A DNA stretch of 64,000 bases from Candidatus Omnitrophota bacterium. GTDB lineage: Bacteria; Omnitrophota; Gorgyraeia; Zapsychrales; JANLHA01. Below the pieces are notes generated by a model, which ran no database searches, had not been told where the DNA came from, and saw nothing but the letters and a program-made list of their open reading frames with translations. Position numbers and translations under genes: made by a program. The stretch covers positions 132,302 to 196,301 of the forward strand of contig JAKLFA010000005.1 of assembly GCA_022711395.1 (NCBI GenBank), written 5' to 3'. Below, in pieces: positions 30,054 through 40,423 of this stretch; position 1 is the first letter of the stretch, and each line of letters opens with the position of its first letter.

Positions 30054-31265
30054 TTATTTTTCTTTTATTCCCAGGATGCTGAGCATGAATGACGAAAAAA
30101 TGGTCTGTATCCCCACTGTTATGAGCGTGAGGGCGAGAACGGCGTTTTTGATCTCATTCAAGGCCCCGAGGTTGGTATGGAGCCATCTCTGAAGGATCGC
30201 CCAGTAAATCCCGGCCCCTATCAGGCTTAAAATAATCCCGGCGAAGCCAGCCTTTTCGATCGTGATGTAGCGATAAAATTTTTCAAAAATCGGAGTGTCG
30301 TCAAAATGCGTGATGGCATATGTTTTTGAAAACATCGCGAAGATGACCAATTGATAACCGATAATGATGAACAGGGCAAAGACAAAAAGCGGATGTTCTT
30401 GAAAACGGATGCCGCTTATTTGGAACATTTCAACATAACACAGAAAAAATCCGATAGACCCGATCATTAGCAGGGTGGCGCCGGGCAGAAAGAAAAGAAA
30501 TAGTGGGCTATAGAGAAGCATAAAACGCAAATGACGCCATCCGTCGCTGAGAGACTTCAGTTTGGAGCAGCCCAGGCGAGGGTTGTAATTGACGGGGATC
30601 TCGGCGGTCTTTAACTTCAATTTTTCGCATTTGATGACCATTTCAGAAGCGAATTCCATTCCGATCGTTCGCAGGTTCAGGCGTTCCAGGGCGGACCGTC
30701 TTATCGCGCGAAGTCCGCAGTGCGCATCGTGGATCTTGGAACGGAAAAATATCCTCAAAAGCCCTGAAAGGATGGGATTGCCGATGTGGCGGTGCGCCCA
30801 GGGCATTGCATGGCGGTGCATCTGCCCGTTAAAACGGTTTCCGATAACAAAATCGAAACCTTCTGTCAGCTTTTCGAGGAAAAGGGGAATCTGGTCGAAG
30901 TCATAGCTTCCGTCGCAGTCCGCCAAAAGGAGGAATGTCCCGTTAGCGGCTTTAAGCCCGGCGCGGCAGGCTGAACCGTATCCGCGTTCTTTTTCTTCAA
31001 TGATCCTTACGGAAGGAAATTGTTTCGCCACGGATACGCTACGGTCGGTCGAACCATTATCAATGATCAGGATTTCGGCAGAAAGGTTGTGCTCCTGAAG
31101 AACGCTGAAAATATGCTCCAAAGAAAACTTCAGTCCGTTTTCTTCATTAAGGCAAGGCAAAATAATGCTGAGTTCTGGTTCGTAATTGGACATAGGCATG
31201 AAAGAGATATTTATTTTAGTTATATATGAATCTCTGATTTTATCAACAGAAATATTCAGGATCAT
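30054..31265 (-). CDS. glycosyltransferase family 2 with C-terminal membrane domain (polyprenol-phosphate sugar synthase, GtrB/DPM1-like)
   Basis: LSIILPCLNEE...LIIDNGSTDRS GT-A motifs, a DCD motif, then 4 TM helices. The real start may be an internal Met (31199 or 31193) preceding the GT-A fold. Confidence 0.85.
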   Translation of the reverse strand: MILNISVDKIRDSYITKINISFMPMSNYEPELSIILPCLNEENGLKFSLEHIFSVLQEHNLSAEILIIDNGSTDRSVSVAKQFPSVRIIEEKERGYGSACRAGLKAANGTFLLLADCDGSYDFDQIPLFLEKLTEGFDFVIGNRFNGQMHRHAMPWAHRHIGNPILSGLLRIFFRSKIHDAHCGLRAIRRSALERLNLRTIGMEFASEMVIKCEKLKLKTAEIPVNYNPRLGCSKLKSLSDGWRHLRFMLLYSPLFLFFLPGATLLMIGSIGFFLCYVEMFQISGIRFQEHPLFVFALFIIIGYQLVIFAMFSKTYAITHFDDTPIFEKFYRYITIEKAGFAGIILSLIGAGIYWAILQRWLHTNLGALNEIKNAVLALTLITVGIQTIFSSFMLSILGIKEK

Positions 31266-31396
31266 GACCCAGGTGCTTGATATTTATATAAGAGAAGGGG
31301 GTTAGGCGTCAAATGTTTTGCCGTTATGACCATGTAAGGATTGAGAAAGAAGATCGTCTAATGGTTAGATTGTCTAATTATTTCTATTAGTTCATA

Positions 31397-31425
31397 TTGA
31401 CAAAAAAGTTATTTCATGGTATATT
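31397..31425 (+). promoter_or_regulatory. sigma70-like promoter TTGACA-N17-TATATT upstream of hspR-like gene
   Basis: consensus -35 and near-consensus -10 in AT-rich divergent intergenic region. Confidence 0.45.
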
Positions 31426-31443
31426 TTTGCTGAGCTAAGGAAA

Positions 31444-31725
31444 TTGGTCATGGACAATCATCATTTTGAACAATTTGATATCCAGCTGGATCCTAATGAG
31501 CCGCTTTTTATTATTGGCGTTGTGAGCCGAATTGTGGATATTCCGATTTGGACGTTACGTAAGTTGGATGAAATGGGGGTCGTTTCTCCTCAGAGGTTAG
31601 GAAGAAGCGTGCGGTGTTATTCAAAAGAGCAGATCAAGGTTTTGAATTATGTTCATTATCTTATGGTTGAAAAAGGGGTTAATATTAGTGGAATTAAGGT
31701 CATTTTAACAATGGAAGAGAGATAA
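31444..31725 (+). CDS. hspR: MerR-family heat-shock regulator HspR-like
   Basis: 93 aa; HTH IIGVVSRIVDIPIWTLRKLDEMGVVSPQR...GVNISGIKVIL closely matches Streptomyces/Helicobacter HspR; located directly upstream of hsp20-clpB. Confidence 0.8.
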   Translation: MVMDNHHFEQFDIQLDPNEPLFIIGVVSRIVDIPIWTLRKLDEMGVVSPQRLGRSVRCYSKEQIKVLNYVHYLMVEKGVNISGIKVILTMEER

Positions 31726-31742
31726 AAATTTTTATTTTAAAA

Positions 31743-31769
31743 TTAGCACTCGCATCGATTGATTGCTAA
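31743..31769 (+). promoter_or_regulatory. CIRCE operator (HrcA binding site)
   Basis: TTAGCACTC-N9-GATTGCTAA has 1 mismatch to the consensus TTAGCACTC-N9-GAGTGCTAA. It lies 44 nt upstream of hsp20. Confidence 0.75.
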
Positions 31770-31812
31770 AAAATGAACAATTAAATAACCTTATTTTACA
31801 AGGAGGTGTGAT

Positions 31813-32265
31813 ATGTCACTCGTAAAATGGAGAAAAAGAAACACAGACCCGTTTCGTGAGCTTTTCGAAATGGACCATCCGTTCTGGGGGATGTCGTTGT
31901 TCCCGCTATCGGAAATGGCTTCGTCCAGCCAGTTGGGAAATGGGTGGTGCCCGGCCATGGACATTTCGGCCGATGAGAATAATGTCTATGTAAAGGCCGA
32001 TTTGCCGGGGGTCAAAAAAGAGGACATCAGCCTTGCGGTCGAAAATGGTGTTTTGACCATACGCGGAGAACGGAAGGCCAGGGAAGAAACGAACGATAAG
32101 AACATCCGCAGGATTGAATGCTCTTACGGTTCATTTGAGCGAAGAGTCGATCTGGGAACGGATGTTGATGAAAGCAAGGCCAAGGCCTCTTATACGGATG
32201 GTGTTTTGGAGGTTGTGCTGCCGAAGGCGCAGAGCGCTCCGGCAAGATCCATAGAGATCAAATAA
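31813..32265 (+). CDS. Hsp20/alpha-crystallin family small heat-shock protein
   Basis: 150 aa; alpha-crystallin domain (AMDISADENNVYVKADLPGVKKEDISL...GVLEVVLPK). Confidence 0.9.
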   Translation: MSLVKWRKRNTDPFRELFEMDHPFWGMSLFPLSEMASSSQLGNGWCPAMDISADENNVYVKADLPGVKKEDISLAVENGVLTIRGERKAREETNDKNIRRIECSYGSFERRVDLGTDVDESKAKASYTDGVLEVVLPKAQSAPARSIEIK

Positions 32266-32336
32266 GGCTGTTTCCGGCGGGCGGCTGTTTGTTTAAAACG
32301 GCCCCCGCCGCAACGCGAATAAAATAAGGATTTGGT

Positions 32337-34952
32337 ATGACGTTTGAAAAATTTACAGTAAAAAGTCAGGAAAGCCTTCAGAAGGCGTTCCAATTGGCGC
32401 AGGAGCATCGCCATCAGCAAGTCGACGCCGAACATCTGGCGGTCGCGCTGCTGGAAGACCGTGCGGGAGTTGCCGCGACGGTCATATCCCGGCTTGGTGC
32501 AGATCCTGCTGAAATGGAGAAGGCATGCCGCCAGGAGATCTTGCGCCGCGCCAGGGTCGATGGGCAGGAACCGTTTTTGTCCCAGAAACTCAGCCGGATC
32601 CTGAGGGACGCTGAGGGCCTAGCCGGTCGAATGCAGGATGAATACGTCACACAGGAGCATTTGTTGATCTGTTTGTTTAAGGATGAGAGCAATGTGGCGG
32701 CGCAATTTTTACGACGGCAAGGCATATCCGAAAAGGATATCCTTTCGATCATCAAGAATGTCCGGGGAGGGCAGAACGCCGTGGACCAGAATTCCGAGGA
32801 AAAATATCAGGCTCTTGAAAAGTATGCGCGGGACCTCACCTTGCTTGCCAGCCAGGGAAAGCTCGATCCGGTGATCGGGCGCGACGAGGAGATCCGCAGG
32901 ATCATTCAGGTCCTTTCTCGGCGGACCAAGAATAACCCTGTCCTGATCGGCGATCCTGGTGTGGGAAAGACCGCGATCGTCGAAGGCCTCGCTCAGCGGA
33001 TTTTTGAAGAGGATGTGCCTGAGGGATTGAAAAAGAAAAAGCTCATGGTCCTGGATATGGGGGCCTTGATCGCCGGGGCCAAATTCCGTGGGGAATTTGA
33101 GGACCGGCTGAAGGCGGTCCTCAAAGAAGTGGAATCCAAAGACGGGGAAATCATTCTTTTTATTGATGAACTGCACACGATCGTCGGTGCCGGAAAGGCG
33201 GAGGGCGCGATCGACGCCGGAAATCTTCTGAAGCCAGCCTTGGCCAGGGGGTTGCTGCGCTGTATAGGCGCCACCACGCTGGATGAATACCGTCAGTATA
33301 TTGAAAAGGATGCTGCCTTGGAGCGCAGGTTCCAGCCGGTCCTTGTCAGTCAGCCTAGCGTGGAGGATACGATCGCGATCTTGCGCGGGCTTAAAGAACG
33401 TTATGAGCTTCATCACGGGGTTCGCATCCAGGATGCGGCCTTGATCGCCGCGGCCACGATGTCGGACCGGTATATCACAGAAAGGTTTTTGCCGGATAAG
33501 GCGATCGACTTGATAGACGAGGCGGCTTCACGCTTGCGGATCGAGATCGATTCTATGCCGCAGGAACTGGATTCGATCGAACGGCGTTTGCGCCAGATGG
33601 AGATCGAACGTCAGGCATTAAAGAAAGAAAAGGATGCCGCGTCCAAGGAGCGTTTGCAGAAACTGGAAGAGGATCTTGTTCAGTTGGAAGAATCCCGTCG
33701 GACTTTGCGCATCAGATGGCAGGGGGAAAAAGAAGCCATTGAACAGATCCAAAAGGTCAAGACGGAGATCGAGGAATATAAGCATAAGGCCTCTCAATTC
33801 GAAAAACAGGGCGATTTGGGTCGTGTGGCGGAGATCCGCTATGGAAAATTGATCGAGTTGGAAAAGAAACTGAAGGCCCAGAATGAACAGTTGTTGAAGA
33901 TCCAGCGCGCCGGCTCGCTTCTTAAGGAAGAGGTCGATGAAGAAGATATCGCTCAGATCGTTTCGAAATGGACGAAGATCCCGCTCTCCAAGCTTATGGA
34001 AGGAGAAACGGAAAAGCTGATCCATATTGAGGAAAGCTTGCGTTCCAGAGTCGTCGGGCAGGATGAGGCGATCGAATTGGTCGCTTCCAGCATTCGCCGT
34101 TCAAGGACCGGATTAAGCGACCCGAAACGTCCGATCGGTTCATTTTTGTTCGTTGGACCGACGGGTGTTGGAAAAACGGAGCTGGCCAGGTCATTGGCGT
34201 GGTTTTTGTTCGATGATGCGGAAGCGATGATTAGGCTTGATATGACGGAATATATGGAAAAGCATTCTGTATCCCGTTTGATCGGGGCTCCTCCTGGATA
34301 TGTCGGTTATGAAGAAGGCGGGCAGTTGACCGAAGCGGTCCGCCGCCGGCCATATTCCGTCGTGCTTTTGGATGAGATTGAAAAGGCCCATGCTGACGTT
34401 TTCAATATTCTTTTGCAGATCCTTGATGACGGCCGGCTCACGGACGGGCAAGGGCGTGTCGTGAATTTTAAGAATACGATCATCATCATGACATCGAATA
34501 TCGGTTCTGAGGATATCGCGAATTTAGATGATCGACAATCGATCCACCGGCAGATCACGGAAGCGCTGAAAGGGCACTTCCGCCCGGAGTTCTTAAATCG
34601 TGTGGATGAGACCATTATTTTCAATCGTCTCCAAAAATCCGACTTGTTTCACATTGTGGGTATTCAGTTGGAGCAACTTCAGAAGCGCTTGGAAGACCGG
34701 CACATGGAATTGGATGTTTCAAAAGACGCCAAAGAATGGCTGGTCGAACATGGATTTGATCCTGCGTATGGGGCGCGTCCTTTAAAAAGAGTGATCCAGA
34801 AGAATGTTCAGGACAAGATCGCGCTGGCCATGCTTAAGGGGGCAGTGCTTGAGAATAGTCGTATTGAGGTCGTTCGTGCCGGTTCAGGGCTTGAGGTGGA
34901 TACGGGCGGAACAAAAGGGAATCATCGTTCTTTGACAGGAGAGGATTTATAA
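32337..34952 (+). CDS. clpB: ATP-dependent chaperone ClpB
   Basis: 871 aa; two AAA+ modules ([16 protein letters not shown]) and a long coiled-coil middle domain specific to ClpB. Confidence 0.97.
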   Translation: MTFEKFTVKSQESLQKAFQLAQEHRHQQVDAEHLAVALLEDRAGVAATVISRLGADPAEMEKACRQEILRRARVDGQEPFLSQKLSRILRDAEGLAGRMQDEYVTQEHLLICLFKDESNVAAQFLRRQGISEKDILSIIKNVRGGQNAVDQNSEEKYQALEKYARDLTLLASQGKLDPVIGRDEEIRRIIQVLSRRTKNNPVLIGDPGVGKTAIVEGLAQRIFEEDVPEGLKKKKLMVLDMGALIAGAKFRGEFEDRLKAVLKEVESKDGEIILFIDELHTIVGAGKAEGAIDAGNLLKPALARGLLRCIGATTLDEYRQYIEKDAALERRFQPVLVSQPSVEDTIAILRGLKERYELHHGVRIQDAALIAAATMSDRYITERFLPDKAIDLIDEAASRLRIEIDSMPQELDSIERRLRQMEIERQALKKEKDAASKERLQKLEEDLVQLEESRRTLRIRWQGEKEAIEQIQKVKTEIEEYKHKASQFEKQGDLGRVAEIRYGKLIELEKKLKAQNEQLLKIQRAGSLLKEEVDEEDIAQIVSKWTKIPLSKLMEGETEKLIHIEESLRSRVVGQDEAIELVASSIRRSRTGLSDPKRPIGSFLFVGPTGVGKTELARSLAWFLFDDAEAMIRLDMTEYMEKHSVSRLIGAPPGYVGYEEGGQLTEAVRRRPYSVVLLDEIEKAHADVFNILLQILDDGRLTDGQGRVVNFKNTIIIMTSNIGSEDIANLDDRQSIHRQITEALKGHFRPEFLNRVDETIIFNRLQKSDLFHIVGIQLEQLQKRLEDRHMELDVSKDAKEWLVEHGFDPAYGARPLKRVIQKNVQDKIALAMLKGAVLENSRIEVVRAGSGLEVDTGGTKGNHRSLTGEDL

Positions 34953-35018
34953 AAATCTCTTTTAAAAAGAAAGAAACAGCGTTATACTTCTGACGCATTC
35001 CTTTAAAAGGGAGAGGGC

Positions 35019-35705
35019 ATGAGTCCTGTGATTATCATGATCATTTTAGCCTGTGTGGGCGGGATCGCGTTGTTAAGCAGCGATTTTTTGACCAACAAAG
35101 ACCAGAGAAAACGGCATTTGGAGGCGCTGGTCAAGCTTTTGGACGCTAAGATCTCACAGATCGAAAGCCGGCCCAACTGTTTTCGATTAGAATTTGAATA
35201 TCGCCATCAGCAATTTGTTTATGAAGACATTGAAGATAAGGTCATGGATAAAGCGCAGTATCGTGGTTATTTGAAGCTTCCCACTCCGTTGGACCTGACC
35301 TTAAGTTTTACGGAACGCCTTCGAACACAAATACGAAGTTCCTCGCCGGCTTTTGGTGATCTTTCGCAGCAGGACGCCAGTTGGAAGCCCAGTGAGGTCA
35401 TGCTTCCTGCCAGTCTCAGGGAATTTAGCGCTTTTTCCAATGTGCCGGAACTGGCAACGCAGCTTTTTTCTGATGAAGCGGTCCCGCGTATTTTTGCCAA
35501 ATATAAAAACCGCGATACGCGCGGAAAGCCGTCTTTATCGATGGAAGTTGTCGATGGGATCATCATGTTGCGTTTTTATCCACCTGGAGAACTCAATCCA
35601 ACGATCCTGGATTTACGGAACAATACTCCGCTGATCGAGAATTATCTTGAAGATATGTTGATCATCAGCGCCTGCATGACACGCCTCAAGGAAGATCAAA
35701 AGTAG
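35019..35705 (+). CDS. hypothetical membrane-anchored protein
   Basis: 228 aa; single N-terminal TM; no recognisable domain; sits between clpB and hrcA. Confidence 0.5.
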   Translation: MSPVIIMIILACVGGIALLSSDFLTNKDQRKRHLEALVKLLDAKISQIESRPNCFRLEFEYRHQQFVYEDIEDKVMDKAQYRGYLKLPTPLDLTLSFTERLRTQIRSSSPAFGDLSQQDASWKPSEVMLPASLREFSAFSNVPELATQLFSDEAVPRIFAKYKNRDTRGKPSLSMEVVDGIIMLRFYPPGELNPTILDLRNNTPLIENYLEDMLIISACMTRLKEDQK

Positions 35706-35760
35706 ATAACTTGTTTGATTTTAATACGTTATGATTCTAAATCAATCCAAAGGGTGAGGA

Positions 35761-35788
35761 TTGACAAGAAAGTCTTTTTTGTTATAAT
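35761..35788 (+). promoter_or_regulatory. sigma70-like promoter TTGACA-N16-TATAAT for hrcA-grpE-dnaK-dnaJ
   Basis: consensus hexamers immediately upstream of CIRCE. Confidence 0.5.
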
Positions 35789-35794
35789 AACGGC

Positions 35795-35821
35795 TTAGCA
35801 ATCTCATTGTTTGAGTGCTAA
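35795..35821 (+). promoter_or_regulatory. CIRCE operator (HrcA binding site)
   Basis: TTAGCAATC-N9-GAGTGCTAA has 1 mismatch to the consensus. It lies 31 nt upstream of hrcA. Confidence 0.8.
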
Positions 35822-35851
35822 AAGATATAAAGGCATCTTCAAGAGGAGAGC

Positions 35852-36592
35852 TTGGATATGACAACAAAGCAATCAGTTTATCAAGAGCGCAAAGAGCGGA
35901 TCTTGGGCATTGTGGTCAATGAGTACATCCGCACGGTCACTCCGGTGAGTTCATCGTATATCGCGCAGCGTTATCTTTTGGATGTCAGCCCGGCAACGAT
36001 ACGCAATATTTTGGCGGAGCTTGAAGAGGAGGGCTATCTGACCCATCCGCACACGTCTGCCGGCCGTCTGCCTACGCAGGAGGGGTACCGGTTTTACGTG
36101 GACAATATCATGAATGAGATCTCACTTTTGGAAGAGCAAAAGCAGGTCATTAAGCGGGAATATGAAGAGGAAACCCGCAATCTGGAGCGGCTGCTTGAGA
36201 AAACGACCCAGGTGATCTCGGATTTGACGCATTATACAAGTATCATAACGGTTGACGGGAGCAATGATCGGGTGTTCTGCAGCGGGAGGCGTTTTGTCGT
36301 CGAGTATCCGGATTATCAGAATATTGAAAAGATCCGTAATATTCTTTCAGTGCTGGAACGAAAAGAACAGCTGATCCAGTTGATCAACTGTGAGCTTCAA
36401 AAGCGGGTCCAGGTCTTTATCGGTCACGAACTCGCCTGCAAGAACATGGATGACTGTGCGGTAGCGATCTCCAGTTACGCGTTGCACGACGGACAGACCG
36501 GGCGGATCGCTGTGTTGGGACCGGCGCGGATGGATTATGAGAAAGTGGTTTCTACTTTGGAATATCTTTCAAGATTGATGCATGAATTATGA
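35852..36592 (+). CDS. hrcA: heat-inducible transcription repressor HrcA (short form)
   Basis: N-terminal wHTH (ILGIVVNEYIRTVTPVSSSYIA) and C-terminal GRIAVLGPARMDYEKVVSTLEYL typical of HrcA; only 246 aa. Confidence 0.88.
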   Translation: MDMTTKQSVYQERKERILGIVVNEYIRTVTPVSSSYIAQRYLLDVSPATIRNILAELEEEGYLTHPHTSAGRLPTQEGYRFYVDNIMNEISLLEEQKQVIKREYEEETRNLERLLEKTTQVISDLTHYTSIITVDGSNDRVFCSGRRFVVEYPDYQNIEKIRNILSVLERKEQLIQLINCELQKRVQVFIGHELACKNMDDCAVAISSYALHDGQTGRIAVLGPARMDYEKVVSTLEYLSRLMHEL

Positions 36593-37224
36593 GGACGCCG
36601 ATGAGCAAGAAAGAACACGCTAAAGAACACGAAGCATGCCCTTGCGGTGAGGACGCTGCGCCGGTTGCGCCGGGCCAAGCGGAAGGCGAGGACATGATCA
36701 GCATTAAAAGTTCCGAGGTCCTCGCCCTTCAGGAGCAGGCAAAGGACTACAAGGATAAATATCTGAGAGTGCTGGCAGAATTCGAGAACGCTCGCCGGAG
36801 GCAGGAACGAGACAAGGCGGAATTTGTCAAATACGCCAATGAGGGGCTGATCGTTGAGTTCTTGAGCGTCCTGGATGATCTTGAGCGTTCTGTGACGACG
36901 GCCAGGGAAAAACATCAGGACTATGAGTCGTTCATTCACGGGGTCGAGATCGTGATGAAAAGGGTCTATGACCTTTTGAAAAAACAAGGCGTTGAACCGA
37001 TCGAATCCCTGGGAAAGATGTTCGATCCGCACAGTCACGAGATCCTGATGCAGAGCCCCAGCCCGGAACACGAGCATGGAACAGTGATCCAGGAGTTGCA
37101 GAAGGGTTATCGTATCGGAGACAGGGTCCTTCGGACCTCCAAGGTCGCTGTCGCGATGAATGCGTCATCCGGCGCAGCGGAAGAGCGGTCCGAAGACGTT
37201 AAAGAAGAGCAAACCGAAAAATAA
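36589..37224 (+). CDS. grpE: nucleotide exchange factor GrpE
   Basis: KDKYLRVLAEFENARRR motif. Confidence 0.95.
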   Translation: MRTPMSKKEHAKEHEACPCGEDAAPVAPGQAEGEDMISIKSSEVLALQEQAKDYKDKYLRVLAEFENARRRQERDKAEFVKYANEGLIVEFLSVLDDLERSVTTAREKHQDYESFIHGVEIVMKRVYDLLKKQGVEPIESLGKMFDPHSHEILMQSPSPEHEHGTVIQELQKGYRIGDRVLRTSKVAVAMNASSGAAEERSEDVKEEQTEK

Positions 37225-37266
37225 ATATGATCTGGTAAAAGATACAGGTTATGAAGGAGGACGATC

Positions 37267-39177
37267 ATGGCAAAAGCAATTGGTATCGATCTGGGAACAT
37301 CAAATTCCGCCGCCGCGGTCATGGAAGGCGGACGGGCGGTCATTTTACCGTCGGCTGAGGGAGCTGGTGTCGCTTCAGGCAAGGCTTTCCCTTCATTTGT
37401 GGCGTTCACAAAGGACGGGCAGCGCTTGGTCGGCGAGCCGGCCCGCCGGCAGGCACCGATCAACTCTGAAGGAACGATCTACGCGGCCAAGCGGAAGATG
37501 GGGAAAGATTATAAATTCAAAGTCTTTGATAAAGAGTTTACCCCGCAACAGGTGAGCGCGTTTATCCTTCAAAAGATCAAAGCGGACGCTGAAAAATATT
37601 TGGGTGAGACTGTTGATGAAGCGGTCATAACGGTCCCCGCGTATTTTAATGATAATCAACGCCAGGCGACGCGTGATGCCGGAGAGATCGCAGGGTTAAA
37701 GGTCCTGCGCATCATCAATGAGCCCACGGCGGCGTGTCTGGCTTATGGTCTGGACAAGGCGGGCAAGGACCAGAAGATCATGGTCTTCGATCTTGGCGGC
37801 GGAACACTGGATGTCACGATTATGGAGATGGGATGGGATGATGAGCATAAAGCGGCGACGTTCGAGGTCCTTTCGACCAGCGGCGACAATGAGCTTGGCG
37901 GGACAGATATGGATAACGTGCTGATCGCCCATATTTGCGAAGAATTCAAAAAGACAAGCGGTATTGACCTTAAGAACGATAAAATGGCCTTTCAGCGCCT
38001 GCGCGAAGCGGCGGAAAAGGCCAAGGTCGAGCTCTCAAGCACGATCTCAACGGAGGTGAATTTGCCTTTTATCACCGCGGATGCCAGCGGTCCCAAACAT
38101 TTGACCATGACCATTGAGCGGTCCAAATTGGAGTCTTTGATCAATCCGATCATTGAACGCTGCCGTCAGCCGATCATTCGTGCTTTGAAGGACGCTTCGG
38201 ATAAGATCGGCGGCCAGGTCAAGGTCGACCGTGTCATCATGGTCGGGGGCCCTACGCGCATGCCGTGCGTTCAGGCCTTTGTGGAGCGGGAAGTCGGCCA
38301 GACCATCGAGCGTGGGATCGACCCGATGGAATGCGTGGCTTTGGGTGCCGCGATCCAGGCTGGGATCGTCAGAGGCGAAGCTAAAGAAGTGCTGCTTCTG
38401 GATGTCACGCCGTTGTCTTTGGGGATCGAGACCATGGGAGGGATTTTTACAAAGCTTATTGACCGCAACACGACGATACCGACCAAGAAGAGCCAGGTCT
38501 TTTCAACCGCTGAAGATAATCAGCCTGCAGTCACGATCCGCGTTCTTCAAGGTGAACGTCAGATGGCCAATGACAACACGGAGCTCGGCCGTTTTGACCT
38601 GGTGGGGATACCGCCGGCGCCGAGAGGGATCCCTCAGATTGAGGTCACGTTCGATATTGATACGGATGGGATCGTCCATGTTTCAGCCAAGGATAAGGGG
38701 ACCGGTAAAGAGCAAAGCATCAAGATCACGGCCCCTCATAAACTTTCGGATGACGAGATCAATAAAATGGTCAAAGACGCCGAGCAGTATGCCGATCAGG
38801 ACAAAAAGCGCAAAGAAGAGGCCGAACTTTTGAATCAGGCCAATACCGTTGTTTACGCGACGGAAAAATCTTTAAAGGATTATGGAGACAAGGTTTCCGC
38901 TTCCGATAAAGAGAATATTGAAAAAGAGCTTAAGGCCTTAAAAGAAGCCGTTGGAAAAAAAGACGCTTCTGCCATCAAAGCGGGGATGGAATCCCTTCAA
39001 AAGGCCAGTCATAAGCTGGCGGAAGAGGTTTATAAAGCGACGGCCGCGCAGCAGGCGGCTCAGGGCCAGGGCGCTAACCCCCAGCCTGAAAGCGGCGCAA
39101 GTGGCAACGCGGAGAAAAAATCCGACAAGGCGGACGGTAAAGATGACGTCATCGATGCGGATTTCAAATCTGAATAA
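37267..39177 (+). CDS. dnaK: molecular chaperone DnaK (Hsp70)
   Basis: 636 aa; [18 protein letters not shown] motifs. Confidence 0.98.
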   Translation: MAKAIGIDLGTSNSAAAVMEGGRAVILPSAEGAGVASGKAFPSFVAFTKDGQRLVGEPARRQAPINSEGTIYAAKRKMGKDYKFKVFDKEFTPQQVSAFILQKIKADAEKYLGETVDEAVITVPAYFNDNQRQATRDAGEIAGLKVLRIINEPTAACLAYGLDKAGKDQKIMVFDLGGGTLDVTIMEMGWDDEHKAATFEVLSTSGDNELGGTDMDNVLIAHICEEFKKTSGIDLKNDKMAFQRLREAAEKAKVELSSTISTEVNLPFITADASGPKHLTMTIERSKLESLINPIIERCRQPIIRALKDASDKIGGQVKVDRVIMVGGPTRMPCVQAFVEREVGQTIERGIDPMECVALGAAIQAGIVRGEAKEVLLLDVTPLSLGIETMGGIFTKLIDRNTTIPTKKSQVFSTAEDNQPAVTIRVLQGERQMANDNTELGRFDLVGIPPAPRGIPQIEVTFDIDTDGIVHVSAKDKGTGKEQSIKITAPHKLSDDEINKMVKDAEQYADQDKKRKEEAELLNQANTVVYATEKSLKDYGDKVSASDKENIEKELKALKEAVGKKDASAIKAGMESLQKASHKLAEEVYKATAAQQAAQGQGANPQPESGASGNAEKKSDKADGKDDVIDADFKSE

Positions 39178-39185
39178 GACACCAG

Positions 39186-39232
39186 GACACTAAGGCACTA
39201 TCACACCAAGCGGTTTTTAGTGCCTTAGTGTC
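39186..39232. repeat. palindromic intergenic element, copy A (GACACTAAGGCACT ... AGTGCCTTAGTGTC)
   Basis: perfect 14-bp inverted repeat with a 19-nt T-rich loop, directly after the dnaK stop. A related copy lies at 60921-61010. Confidence 0.7.
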
Positions 39233-39264
39233 ATAATGTTCCCAGTGCCTTTGAGAAAGCGAAC

Positions 39265-40410
39265 ATGAAAAAAGACTACTACGAAATTCTGGGTATTAAC
39301 CGCGACGCCGGCGTTCAGGATATCAAGAAGAAATATCGGTCCCTGGCGTTGAAATATCACCCTGATCGTGTGCCTCAAGATCAGAAAAAGGAGGCCGAGG
39401 AAAAGTTTAAGGAGATTTCTGAGGCCTATGGTGTTCTCTCTGATCCTGAAAAGAGAAAGTTATACGATCAGTATGGTCATGCGGGTATTGACCGGAATTT
39501 TACCTCTGATGATATTTTTCGAGGTGCTGATTTCAGCGGGTTTGGGGATCTGGGAGATATTTTCAGCCAGTTCTTCGGCGGCGGCGGGGGTTTTGATATT
39601 TTTGGCGGCGGATTTGGTGGAAACGCCCGGCAGGCGGGTCCGCGCCGGGGGCGCGATATTCAGTATGAAATGGAAGTAACTTTAGAAGAAGCGTTTTCGG
39701 GTGTAACTAAAAAGATCACGGTCCCGCGCTATGAGCACTGCGTGGATTGTAACGGATCTGGGGCCAAGAGCAAAGACCATGTCAAGACCTGCTCCGCGTG
39801 CGGCGGTTCGGGACAGGTCGTGATGGCGAGCGGATTTTTCCGCATGGCGCAGACCTGTTCATCATGCGGAGGCCAGGGCCGTGTTGTGACAGAGCATTGC
39901 CCCAAATGCTCCGGCCGCGGTATGGTGAAGGTGACCCGTCATATTGAGGTCAATGTTCCTGCCGGGGTCGACAGTGATAGCCGTTTGCGTGTTAAGGGCG
40001 AAGGTGAAGTTGGCGCGGGAGGGGCCGGGGATCTTTATTTATACATTCTTGTAAAGAAACACCCGGTCTTTCACAGGGTGAACGCGGATATTGAAATGGA
40101 CCTGGGGGTGAGTTATATCGTGGCGGCTTTGGGGGGAGAGGTTTCGGTGGCGACTTTAAGCGGCGAGGTCAAGATGAAGATCCCCGCCGGCACGCAAAGC
40201 GGAAAAGTTTTCCGGTTAAAAGGAAAAGGGATGTCGGTCTTACGCGGGAACGCTTTGGGCGATCAGTATGTGCGGGTCATGATCGAGGTGCCGAAGCGTT
40301 TGTCGGCAGCGGAACGCGAGCGCCTTGAGGAGCTTGCCAGGATCACGGAAACCCCTGTGGACCAGGAAAAAGAATCCCCGTTGGATAAGGTGAAAAAGAT
40401 CTTTAAATAA
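39265..40410 (+). CDS. dnaJ: molecular chaperone DnaJ
   Basis: J-domain HPD, G/F-rich linker, four CxxCxGxG zinc-finger repeats. Confidence 0.97.
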   Translation: MKKDYYEILGINRDAGVQDIKKKYRSLALKYHPDRVPQDQKKEAEEKFKEISEAYGVLSDPEKRKLYDQYGHAGIDRNFTSDDIFRGADFSGFGDLGDIFSQFFGGGGGFDIFGGGFGGNARQAGPRRGRDIQYEMEVTLEEAFSGVTKKITVPRYEHCVDCNGSGAKSKDHVKTCSACGGSGQVVMASGFFRMAQTCSSCGGQGRVVTEHCPKCSGRGMVKVTRHIEVNVPAGVDSDSRLRVKGEGEVGAGGAGDLYLYILVKKHPVFHRVNADIEMDLGVSYIVAALGGEVSVATLSGEVKMKIPAGTQSGKVFRLKGKGMSVLRGNALGDQYVRVMIEVPKRLSAAERERLEELARITETPVDQEKESPLDKVKKIFK

Positions 40411-40423
40411 GCGGAGGAAAAAG

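Noticed and set aside
32190-32336. Possible terminator GC-rich hairpin after hsp20 (CGGCGGGCGG...GCCCCCGCCG)
   Set aside because: Arms are imperfect and there is no downstream U-tract, so I could not support a terminator call.
32709-33416. 235-aa minus-strand ORF inside clpB
   Set aside because: Antisense shadow of ClpB.
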